A DNA stretch of 15,612 bases. Origin: Deinococcaceae bacterium. Lineage in GTDB: Bacteria > Deinococcota > Deinococci > Deinococcales > Trueperaceae. Positions 8,062-15,480 of this stretch are shown in pieces. The stretch lies in the NCBI GenBank assembly GCA_040256005.1, contig JBDZWC010000071.1, positions 1-15,612 of the forward strand. Direction: 5' to 3'. Position 1 is the first letter of the stretch. Every line of letters starts with the position of its first letter. The position numbers were made by a program, and so were the translations under genes. The notes beneath the pieces were generated by a model that was not told where the DNA came from, did no database searches, and worked only from the letters and a program-made list of their open reading frames with translations.

Positions 8062-8136
8062 ATGCGCTACGCCAGCCGATCAGTGTCGTCCTCAGCAGGC
8101 TCCCGCCGCCGGCCGGACGTCACCCTAAGGGGATGA
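8062..8136 (+). CDS. Possible leaderless 24-aa leader ORF (MRYASRSVSSSAGSRRRPDVTLRG)
   Basis: TAGGAT (8049-8054)-N7-ATG; its TGA overlaps the next ATG (ATGA at 8133-8136). Confidence 0.35.
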   Translation: MRYASRSVSSSAGSRRRPDVTLRG

Positions 8137-8627
8137 GCCGGGCCTTCACCAAGGAGGATGCGCAGCAGGAGGACGTGATGGTGGTGGCTCGCTCACCGTT
8201 GCCGAAGGGTGAGCCGAACCTCGTCACGCCGAACGGCCTGCGTCTACTGCGGGAGGAAGAGCAGGCGTTGGCAGAGCGCTTGTTGTCGGCGGCGGCCGAC
8301 GCCGATGAGCGTCGCATCGCCGCCCTGCAGGCTGCGAGCGACGAGCTGGCGTTTCGTCTGTCTACGGCAGTCGTGGTCGATCCAGCGGAGCACGACAAGT
8401 CGGAGGTGCGTTTCGGAGACCTCGTGACGCTTCGGTCCTCCAGTGGTGCAGCCGCCAGCGGGTTCAGCCTGCGCATCGTCGGCGTTGACGAGGCCGACCC
8501 CGAGGGCGGGTCGATCTCATTTCTCGCGCCGTTGGCTCGGCAGCTCATCGGCAGCCAGGTGGGGGACCGCGTAGGGTTCGCCGACAACGTCCGAGATCGA
8601 GATCTCGTGGTTGTGAAGATCGAGTGA
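8133..8627 (+). CDS. GreA/GreB-family elongation-factor-like protein with a short coiled coil
   Basis: MSRAFTKED N-terminus, VTPNGL, and the Gre C-terminal domain VRFGDLVTL...RIVGVDEADP..GSISFLAPLARQLIG..VGD. Confidence 0.85.
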   Translation: MSRAFTKEDAQQEDVMVVARSPLPKGEPNLVTPNGLRLLREEEQALAERLLSAAADADERRIAALQAASDELAFRLSTAVVVDPAEHDKSEVRFGDLVTLRSSSGAAASGFSLRIVGVDEADPEGGSISFLAPLARQLIGSQVGDRVGFADNVRDRDLVVVKIE

Positions 8628-8633
8628 GGTGCT

Positions 8634-8653
8634 TGGAGGCCGAAGCCTCTCCA
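8634..8653. terminator. Short hairpin between the convergent gre-like and nosY genes
   Basis: GAGGC-CGAA-GCCTC (8636-8649); no U tract. Confidence 0.3.
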
Positions 8654-8675
8654 CGACGGGCTCGCGGTCCCGGCG

Positions 8676-9467
8676 TCAGAAGTTCTTGCGGCTGAACGCC
8701 CGCAGGCCCAGCAGGGCTGGTGCCGCCACCCAGACGAGCAGGGCGCCGATGGCGAGCAGCTGACCACCTGTCGAACCGAGGAACGTGCGGAACAACGCGC
8801 CCGTGTAGCCCATGAGCGCCGCCGTGTCCAGCCGCAGCAGGACCAGGATCCGGGATAGGTCTATGGGGTTGAGCAGGCTGGCCAGGATCACTGCCCTGTC
8901 GATGGGGTAGGCCTGTGCCAGGGCGATGAAGTACAGGATGAGACCGTCGTACACGATGCTTAGGGCCAACCACAGCCCCAGCGCGAGGCCCAGCGCCTTC
9001 GCCCTCTCTTCGTTGGCGATGCCGAACCAGAACGCCAGGCCGGTGAAGACCACGCTCACCAACGCCCCGGTCATCAACAGGGTGCCGACCATGCCCAGCT
9101 CGACCCTGGCGCTCAGCCCATACACGAGGTAAGGCACGCCGGTACCGACCACGAACGCTCCCGCCAGGGGCAGGGCCACGCCGGCGAACTGCCCCAGGAA
9201 GACGCTCGAGCGCGACACAGGCTGCGTGAGGATCAGCTGGACGAAGTCGCGGGTGTAGTAGAAGTAGTTCATCCCCAGCATCAGGGCCACCAGCGGCACG
9301 ATCAGCAGCACCAGGTTCAGGGAGCTGAGCGCGGCCTGCACGGGTTCGTCGCCGAAGTACAGGAGGCCCGAAGTCGCGACCGCGAAGAACGCCGTGTAGG
9401 CGATGAGCCAGCGACTACGCAGCAGGTCGAAGAAGGCGTACTTCATGACCTTCAGCGCGGTGCTCAC
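8676..9467 (-). CDS. nosY: NosY, ABC permease for NosZ maturation
   Basis: Multi-TM protein with LILTQPVSRSSVFLG and LLNPIDLSRILVLL.LD.AALMGYTGA; follows nosF with a GTGA overlap. Confidence 0.9.
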   Translation of the reverse strand: MSTALKVMKYAFFDLLRSRWLIAYTAFFAVATSGLLYFGDEPVQAALSSLNLVLLIVPLVALMLGMNYFYYTRDFVQLILTQPVSRSSVFLGQFAGVALPLAGAFVVGTGVPYLVYGLSARVELGMVGTLLMTGALVSVVFTGLAFWFGIANEERAKALGLALGLWLALSIVYDGLILYFIALAQAYPIDRAVILASLLNPIDLSRILVLLRLDTAALMGYTGALFRTFLGSTGGQLLAIGALLVWVAAPALLGLRAFSRKNF

Positions 9468-10240
9468 GAGGCCACCACCCTCTCCGGCGGCGGCGGAGAC
9501 CCGGGCGGCGGGTCACCGTGCGCCGACGCAGCCGGCACGCCACCGTTCATCAGCCTGGCCACGGCGCGTTCGAGCCGTCGTTCGCCCGTCAACGTGCGGA
9601 CCGAGTCGAGCGTGCCGCGGAAGCGCACCGTCCCCTCCAGCAGGAACAGGACCTCGTCGGCCAGCTCCTCGAGCTCGCTCATCACATGCGAGGTGAGCAG
9701 CACGGTCGTGCCGGCGGCGCGCTCCGCGAGGACGCGGTCCTTGAGACGGCTGCTCGCCACCGGGTCGAGGCCGGCGCTCGGCTCGTCGAGTAGGAGCACT
9801 CGCGGCGCGAACAGGAAGGTGAGCACGGCGCTGGCCTTCTGCCTGGTCCCGCCCGACAGGGAGCGCACCGGCTTCTCCAGATGCCGCTCGAGTTCGAAGA
9901 GCTCGACGAGGTCGCCCAGGCCCGCGGGGCGCTCACCGCGCAGGTCCTGCACTAACGCGAACAGCTCTGACACCTTGAGGTTGTCGGGGAAGCGCGGCTC
10001 CTGGGGCATGTAGCCCACCTGTCGCCGGACGGATGGGTCGCTGCGCACGTCGACGCCGTCGATCGTCACCCGGCCGGCGTCGGGTATGACCAGCCCCAGG
10101 ACGCTCTTCATGAGGGTGGTCTTACCCGACGCGTTGGGCCCCACGACGGCAGTGACCTTGCCGGGCTCGAACGCCGCGGAGACGCCCTTGAGCACCTCGA
10201 GTCGGCCGAAGCGCTTGCTCAGTGAGTCGACGACGACCAT
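9464..10240 (-). CDS. nosF: NosF, ABC ATPase
   Basis: GPNASGKTT, YMPQ, LSGGTRQK, LLLDEPSAGLDP and TSH motifs; lies between nosD and nosY. Confidence 0.9.
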   Translation of the reverse strand: MVVVDSLSKRFGRLEVLKGVSAAFEPGKVTAVVGPNASGKTTLMKSVLGLVIPDAGRVTIDGVDVRSDPSVRRQVGYMPQEPRFPDNLKVSELFALVQDLRGERPAGLGDLVELFELERHLEKPVRSLSGGTRQKASAVLTFLFAPRVLLLDEPSAGLDPVASSRLKDRVLAERAAGTTVLLTSHVMSELEELADEVLFLLEGTVRFRGTLDSVRTLTGERRLERAVARLMNGGVPAASAHGDPPPGSPPPPERVVAS

Positions 10241-11496
10241 CGGATCCTTCCCATGAGCGGCCTGTCGTCCTCGATCGCCTTGGGCGTCAGGACGGGCAGG
10301 AGCCTCTCGGCGTAGTCCAGCGCTTGTGACAGCGGGCTCCTGAGTAAGACCAGTGCCTGCGGGTACGCCTCAGCCGTCAGCGCGAACAGCCTGACCGGCC
10401 GGTAGGGGACGTCCCCGACGCCGTCGCGGTCTAAGTCGTAACCCTGGTACTGGTCCCAGTAGTTCTGATCGAACGAGTTGTAGGACCTGTCGGCGTTGGT
10501 CGTGACGTCGAAGGTGTTGCCGATGAAGTTGTTGTAGCGGACGAGCGAGCCCATCGAGTTCGAGAGAACGCGCAGTGCATACCCGTTGCGGATGAACTCG
10601 TTGTGGCTCAGCTCGGTGCGGTTCGAGCCGTCGAAGTACACGGCCGCCGAGTTGTTCTCGAAGAGGTTGCCCGACACGATCGAATCGTTGATGTCCTTGA
10701 GTAGCAGGCCGTACGCGGCCGCGCCCCAGTTGTCTCGGAACTCATTGTCGACCATCGTGATCGCCTTCGAGTACATGACGGCCACGCCGGCGCCGTTGTC
10801 GCGGAAGACGTTGTCGGTGAACTCCGAGTCGTTGGAGAACATGAAGTGCAGGCCGTAGCGCAGGTTGCCCGCGCTGACGTTGCCGTGAACCTCGGCGCCG
10901 CGGGCGAACTCGAGGTAGATGCCGTCACGGTGCCGGGTGACGGTGTTGCCCTCTACGACGATGTCGTAGCCGTTCCAGATGTGGATGGCGTTGCCGGAAT
11001 ACGCCTCGGACTCCGCCTGGCCGATCAAGACGTTGCCCCTGACCTCGCAGGCGATCGACTTCGCAAGATAGATGCCGAAGAACGCGTTCTCGATGCGGTT
11101 GCCTTCGATGACGCAGCCGCCCACCTCGCCGACATGGATGGCAGCGACGTCCCTCACGTGGCTCCGGCCGGCGTCCCGGAGCACGAGGCCGCGCACCACG
11201 ACGCGGTCAGCCGCGATCGTGAGTATCTGGTGCTGCAGTTCGCCGTCGAGCACCGGCCAGCCCTCGCCGACGAGCGAGATCCGTGCGTCGAGGACCAGCG
11301 GTCCCTCCCGGTACGTGCCGCCGCGCACCAGCACCGTGTCGCCGTCGGTCGCCACCGCCAGCGCCGAGGTGATGGTCGGATAGGCGCAGCCGGACGAGCA
11401 CACCTCCAAGACACCGGCAGCCGTCGCGTTGGCGAAGAGCCACAGGGATCCGGCCGCCGCCGCGGCCACGACGACCGATCGGAGCTGGGTTCTCAA
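10219..11496 (-). CDS. nosD: NosD, periplasmic beta-helix maturation protein
   Basis: Signal peptide, Asn-rich beta-helix repeats, RDGIYLEF, RYGLHFMFS, GVAVMYS and NYWDQYQGYDLDRDGVGDVPYRP. The TTG start overlaps the upstream TGA. Confidence 0.93.
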   Translation of the reverse strand: MRTQLRSVVVAAAAAGSLWLFANATAAGVLEVCSSGCAYPTITSALAVATDGDTVLVRGGTYREGPLVLDARISLVGEGWPVLDGELQHQILTIAADRVVVRGLVLRDAGRSHVRDVAAIHVGEVGGCVIEGNRIENAFFGIYLAKSIACEVRGNVLIGQAESEAYSGNAIHIWNGYDIVVEGNTVTRHRDGIYLEFARGAEVHGNVSAGNLRYGLHFMFSNDSEFTDNVFRDNGAGVAVMYSKAITMVDNEFRDNWGAAAYGLLLKDINDSIVSGNLFENNSAAVYFDGSNRTELSHNEFIRNGYALRVLSNSMGSLVRYNNFIGNTFDVTTNADRSYNSFDQNYWDQYQGYDLDRDGVGDVPYRPVRLFALTAEAYPQALVLLRSPLSQALDYAERLLPVLTPKAIEDDRPLMGRIRWSSSTH

Positions 11497-12605
11497 GGTA
11501 CTTCCGGGCCGTCAGGGAGGACGTGCCCGTGCCCATCCTTGGCTGCGATCCTCTCGCTGAGCCCCGACTCGACGACCATGCCCTTCAGGTCCGCGTAGCG
11601 CACTTCGACACCGCCGACCTCGGTCCGGACGTCCTCCAGCTCGTCGAGCGTGCGGAACGCCGAGACGTTCAGGCCCATGGGGCTGCGCAGACCACCGCTC
11701 CTGAGGTAGCGGGCCTCCTCGACCTCCAGCAGCTTGCCCGGCTGGTTGAAGTCGGTGACCCACAACGAGTGGACGTCGCCGGCCACGACACCTCCCTCGT
11801 GCAGGAAGGCGATCATGCATTCGATCGAGTCGAACTTGTAGGCCTTGCCGGTCTTGGTCACCAGTTGTGCCGGGTAGCGCGGGTCCGAGATCTGCATCTC
11901 GCAGAACGCGCAGAGGTCCTGGCCGATGATGATGGGGACCGGCTTGGGCGGCGAGCAGGCGGCGGCGAGCACGAGGAGGGCCAGCAGGGCCGTGGCCACC
12001 GCGACCGGTCGCGTGGCCCGTACCCGCCTGCGCGACAGGAACCACAGGCCGCCGAACACCGCCAGCCCCAGCACGAAGCCGCCCGCCAGAGCGACGGCGC
12101 CCCAGCCCGGCCAGGCCGTGATGTAGAAGTTCATGAACTGGCTGGTGCCCAGCATGGGAGGGGTGTAGCCCTCCATGGTGATGGCGGCGCGCGGGTCGAT
12201 GGTGTGGCCGAACTTCCACAGCCATCGGAAGAAGTCGGCCATGCCGACGACAGCGAAGGTGCCGTACGTGATGAGCCAGCCGGCGAACCACCGCTTCCTC
12301 CCCAAGGCGGCGGCGAGCAGCCCGGAGGCCGCTATCCCCACGACGGCGATCGGCAGCACGCGCAGCTCCCAGAAGTCCTTGGCGTGCAGCTGCATGAAAC
12401 CCACGTAGTGGTTCAGGCCGTTGATGAGGTCGACGCGGCCCGTCAGCTTGGACGTCCAGATCTGCATCGCCAGGCCCTCGGGGTACTGAGGGGCCTCGAA
12501 GTAGTAGTGCCACAGGGGCCAAACGAACGTCAGGAGCGGCAGCAGCGCGGCGACGGCGATCATGCCGCGCGCCAACCAGCTCAAGCGTCCTTCCCGGGTT
12601 CGCAT
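11493..12605 (-). CDS. nosL: NosB-NosL fusion protein (4-TM NosB-like domain plus copper chaperone NosL), about 370 aa
   Basis: N-terminal PLW...APQYPEGL, INGLNHYVG, FGHTIDPRAAI and PPMLG (NosB). Then an internal lipobox-like LAAAC, followed by CAFCEMQI, FDSIECM and RSPMG (NosL). ATG 12605 has GAGGGAG upstream. Confidence 0.88.
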   Translation of the reverse strand: MRTREGRLSWLARGMIAVAALLPLLTFVWPLWHYYFEAPQYPEGLAMQIWTSKLTGRVDLINGLNHYVGFMQLHAKDFWELRVLPIAVVGIAASGLLAAALGRKRWFAGWLITYGTFAVVGMADFFRWLWKFGHTIDPRAAITMEGYTPPMLGTSQFMNFYITAWPGWGAVALAGGFVLGLAVFGGLWFLSRRRVRATRPVAVATALLALLVLAAACSPPKPVPIIIGQDLCAFCEMQISDPRYPAQLVTKTGKAYKFDSIECMIAFLHEGGVVAGDVHSLWVTDFNQPGKLLEVEEARYLRSGGLRSPMGLNVSAFRTLDELEDVRTEVGGVEVRYADLKGMVVESGLSERIAAKDGHGHVLPDGPEVP

Positions 12606-12627
12606 CTGATCCAACTCCCTCGGGGTG

Positions 12628-12662
12628 GCGGCCGGCCCAACCCGTTCGGTCGGACCGGCCGC
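12628..12662 (-). other. 15-bp RNA hairpin just after the nosZ stop
   Basis: Minus RNA GCGGCCGGUCCGACC-GAACG-GGUUGGGCCGGCCGC is fully paired with two G-U pairs; no U tract. Confidence 0.7.
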
Positions 12663-12670
12663 GACCTGGA

Positions 12671-14626
12671 CTACTGGCCCAGGCTCCAGCTCAGAGCGAT
12701 GTCGGAGTCGGCCGGCGAGACCCGGACGTACCCCTGCATCTCCTGATGGAGCGCCGAGCAGAAGTCCGTGCAGTAGAAGGGGTACACCCCTTCGGCCTTG
12801 GGCTCCCACTTCACCGTGAGGGTCCGCCCCGGCATGATCAGGATGTTCGCGGCCTCCATGCCCTGTACCGCGAAGCCGTGCGGGACGTCCCAGTCCTGTT
12901 CGAGGTTGGTGATGTGCCAGTAGACGGTGTCGCCGACTTTGATGCCCTCGATGAGGTCCGGCGCGAAGTGCGAGCGTATCGACGTCATGTAGACGTGCAC
13001 CTCGTCGCCGTCACGCTCGACGCGCACGTCTGCCTCGCTCTTGGTGGCGTAAGGGTGCTCGTTGGCGGCCAGGCTGTAGATCTGCCTGCTGTTGGGCGCC
13101 ACGCGGTCGGCGGCGATCCCCTGGGCGTAGTGCGGCTCGCCGAGGGTGGGGAAGTCGAGCAGCATCTCCATCGTGTTGCCGCTGATGTCGATCAGCTGCG
13201 CCGAGTGGGCGAGCTCCGGGCCGGTGGGCAGGTAGCGGTCCTTCGTGATCTTGTTGAGCGCGACCACGTAGTTGTCGGCCGGATCGACGTTGTCGCCGCC
13301 CGGGATCATCAGGTGTCCGATCGAGAAGTAGACCGGCATGCGGTCCACGACCTGGAAGTCGGACAGCCGCCACTTGATGATCTCCGAGGTTATGAAGCAC
13401 GAGGTGTAGACGTTGCCCTTGGTGTCGAACTCGTTGTGTAGCGGTCCGAGGCAGGCGCGCTCCACCTGACCGGCGACGATCGCGTCGAAGTCGAGGATGG
13501 GGATGCCGTAGGAGTCGCCGTCGAAGTCCTGGTTCTCGATCGCCTTGAGCATCTTGCTGAAGCTGTGGACTGCGATCGTGGCGGACAGCTTGCCGCCGGG
13601 AACGATGTACTCGCCGGTCGGGTCCACGTCGACCCCGTGGGGCGACTTGGGCGTGGGCAGGAAGTAGACCAGGCCATCGCAATCGGCCGGGTCAAGGACC
13701 GTAACCTCGTCTTCCCATTCGGTCTCCGCGATGCCCGTCTCTTCGTCGACCTTGTTGTGCGCGTAGAGGGTGGGCATCTCGTAGCCGGCGCCGTTCTCGA
13801 TGCACTGCTCGGCGCGGCGCCAGTTGACGGCCGTCACGAAGTCCTTGTCGGCCTGCGAAGCGTTCACCTCGAGCAGGGTGTGGGCCTCCTCCACGTTGTA
13901 GGAGCTGAAGAAGCACCAGTCGGCCGAGGGGCCCTTGCCGCAGTGCGCCAGGTCGTAGTTGAAGCCCGGCATGAGGATCTGGAACTCGACGTCCATCTCG
14001 CCGTCTTCCGGGTCGACCTCGATGAAGGTCAGCATTCCCTTGAAGTTGCCTTCGTAGTCGGCGATGGGCATGTCGCGTTGCGGCACCGGCTGGCTGAAGC
14101 GGGAACCCGCCACGACGTACTCGGTATTGGCGGTCGCGAACGGCGACGGGTGGTTGCCACCCACGTTCGGCAGCTCGATGATCTCCACCGTCTCGAACTG
14201 GCTCAGATCGATGCGGGCGACACGCGGCGTGTTGTTGCCGTTGATGAACAGCCACCGCCCGTCCGCCGAGCCGTTCGTCTGGGACAGCTGCGGGTGGTGG
14301 GAGTCGTCCCAGTACACCGGCCCGTGGGAGGTGTTGAACAGCGCCTTGGTCTCCTCGGAGTAGCCGTAGCCGTTCTCACCATGCTGCGAGAACACGGGGA
14401 TCACGCGCAGCGTGCGGCCGGACGGCAGGCCGACTACGCTGACCTGCCCGTTGAAGCCGCCCGAGAAGAAGCCGTAGTAGTCGTCGTGCTCTCCGGGCGC
14501 GACGAACGTCCGCGCCGCCGCGTCGCTGGCCGTCCGCGAAGCCGTCCTGGCGCCCTGCGCCAACACCAGCCCCGCCGCCAGCGCGCCCAGCGCCAGCACG
14601 ATCCAGACCAACCTGCGTGCCTTCAT
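12671..14626 (-). CDS. nosZ: Clade II (Sec-dependent) nitrous oxide reductase
   Basis: SGGFNGQ..V.GLPSGR, seven CuZ His candidates (DSHH, GNH, SPHG, PLHN, IGHL, EPHY) and CuA (VPHGF...CTDFCSALHQEM). Short Sec-like signal peptide and a GAGGAGGT RBS. Confidence 0.97.
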   Translation of the reverse strand: MKARRLVWIVLALGALAAGLVLAQGARTASRTASDAAARTFVAPGEHDDYYGFFSGGFNGQVSVVGLPSGRTLRVIPVFSQHGENGYGYSEETKALFNTSHGPVYWDDSHHPQLSQTNGSADGRWLFINGNNTPRVARIDLSQFETVEIIELPNVGGNHPSPFATANTEYVVAGSRFSQPVPQRDMPIADYEGNFKGMLTFIEVDPEDGEMDVEFQILMPGFNYDLAHCGKGPSADWCFFSSYNVEEAHTLLEVNASQADKDFVTAVNWRRAEQCIENGAGYEMPTLYAHNKVDEETGIAETEWEDEVTVLDPADCDGLVYFLPTPKSPHGVDVDPTGEYIVPGGKLSATIAVHSFSKMLKAIENQDFDGDSYGIPILDFDAIVAGQVERACLGPLHNEFDTKGNVYTSCFITSEIIKWRLSDFQVVDRMPVYFSIGHLMIPGGDNVDPADNYVVALNKITKDRYLPTGPELAHSAQLIDISGNTMEMLLDFPTLGEPHYAQGIAADRVAPNSRQIYSLAANEHPYATKSEADVRVERDGDEVHVYMTSIRSHFAPDLIEGIKVGDTVYWHITNLEQDWDVPHGFAVQGMEAANILIMPGRTLTVKWEPKAEGVYPFYCTDFCSALHQEMQGYVRVSPADSDIALSWSLGQ

Positions 14627-14714
14627 CTCCTTACCTCCTCGGGCGGGGCCCAGATACGGAGTTCATGCCCCGCACGTAACCCTGGTTGCGTCGCCAGACG
14701 CGGGAAGCGCCGGG

Positions 14715-15206
14715 CTAGAGCCCGGCGGCTTCTGCGTCCTTGAGTCGGAAGAGCTCCAGCAGCCCGCGGGCCTGGTCCTCGGAGAGGAGAAGGTTGGGCA
14801 TGGGGGTCATGTACTGGGCCAGCAGCTCGTAGGCGGTGTCGTCCTCGAAGATCATCTGGTCGGTGTTGAGGATCATGTTCATGATCCACTCGGGAGCGCG
14901 CCGCCCGGTCACGCCCAGAAGGTCGGGCCCCACGTAGCGCTCGCCGAACTTGTGACAGGCGGAGCACAGCATGTCGAAGGTCGCCTGCCCGGCGGCGGCC
15001 AGCTCAGGGTCCACCTCGTTGAGTTCGACGGCGCTGATGGGGCCTATCCCCTTGGGAAGCTCGGCCGGCGCAGCGTCCTGGCCGAGGGCCAGCGCGCCCA
15101 TCACTGCGGCGGCGGCCAGCATGCCCGCCACTACCACACGCCTCAACGGCCGGCCTGTGCCGGTAGCGGACCCTACGTGCGCTTCCTCGTCGTTCGTCCT
15201 GTTCAC
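14715..15206 (-). CDS. Monoheme cytochrome c (nos-associated, NosC-like), about 163 aa
   Basis: Hydrophobic signal segment, CSACH heme motif, VGPDL, RRAPEWIMNMILN and distal Met candidates (MTPMPN). GTG 15206 has AGGAGG 5 nt upstream. Confidence 0.88.
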   Translation of the reverse strand: MNRTNDEEAHVGSATGTGRPLRRVVVAGMLAAAAVMGALALGQDAAPAELPKGIGPISAVELNEVDPELAAAGQATFDMLCSACHKFGERYVGPDLLGVTGRRAPEWIMNMILNTDQMIFEDDTAYELLAQYMTPMPNLLLSEDQARGLLELFRLKDAEAAGL

Positions 15207-15228
15207 CTGGGCCTCCTGGTCCTTTTCG

Positions 15229-15254
15229 TGGACAGTTATGTCCAAGATATGGAC
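15229..15254. promoter_or_regulatory. Candidate nos operon operator/promoter
   Basis: TGGACA-GTTA-TGTCCA-AGATA-TGGAC is two interlocked inverted repeats overlapping a minus-strand -10 candidate TATCTT (15244-15249). Confidence 0.55.
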
Positions 15255-15342
15255 CTGAGACGACGATGAGTAGGGACGTACGCCCTGCCGATCAGGCGTA
15301 GTCAGGGGTCCTGTCTGGCGCTGGGTCGGCTACCTGCGAGCG

Positions 15343-15480
15343 TCAGGTCGTCTGCTTGCGGATGTTCTTCCGTTCGTACATCCGGCGGTCGGAGACGTCC
15401 AGCAGCACGGCTGTGGAGCTTCCGTCGACCGGGTAAGTGGCGGCCCCTATGTCGATGGCGAGCCGGTGACCGTGGACACG
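15343..15480 (-). pseudogene. C-terminal fragment of a GGDEF-like (diguanylate cyclase) domain
   Basis: HRLAIDIGAATYPVDGSSTAVLLDVSDRRMYERK matches the GGDEF C-terminal pattern (SIG.A.YP.DG.....LL..AD..MY..K). The sequence upstream in the same frame does not look like GGDEF. Confidence 0.5.

Noticed and set aside
9464..9545. Pro-rich NosF tail as a distinct domain
   Set aside because: It is a short low-complexity extension reaching the nosY overlap, with no evidence of function.
14600..14626. Tat signal in NosZ (MKARRL)
   Set aside because: The RR lacks the S/T-R-R-x-F-L-K context, the leader is short, and the sequence motifs are clade II.
10846..14743. Long plus-strand ORFs (250, 407, 231 and 392 aa) opposite the nos genes, and similar ones opposite fec
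   Set aside because: Codon-aligned antisense frames with no recognisable motifs.
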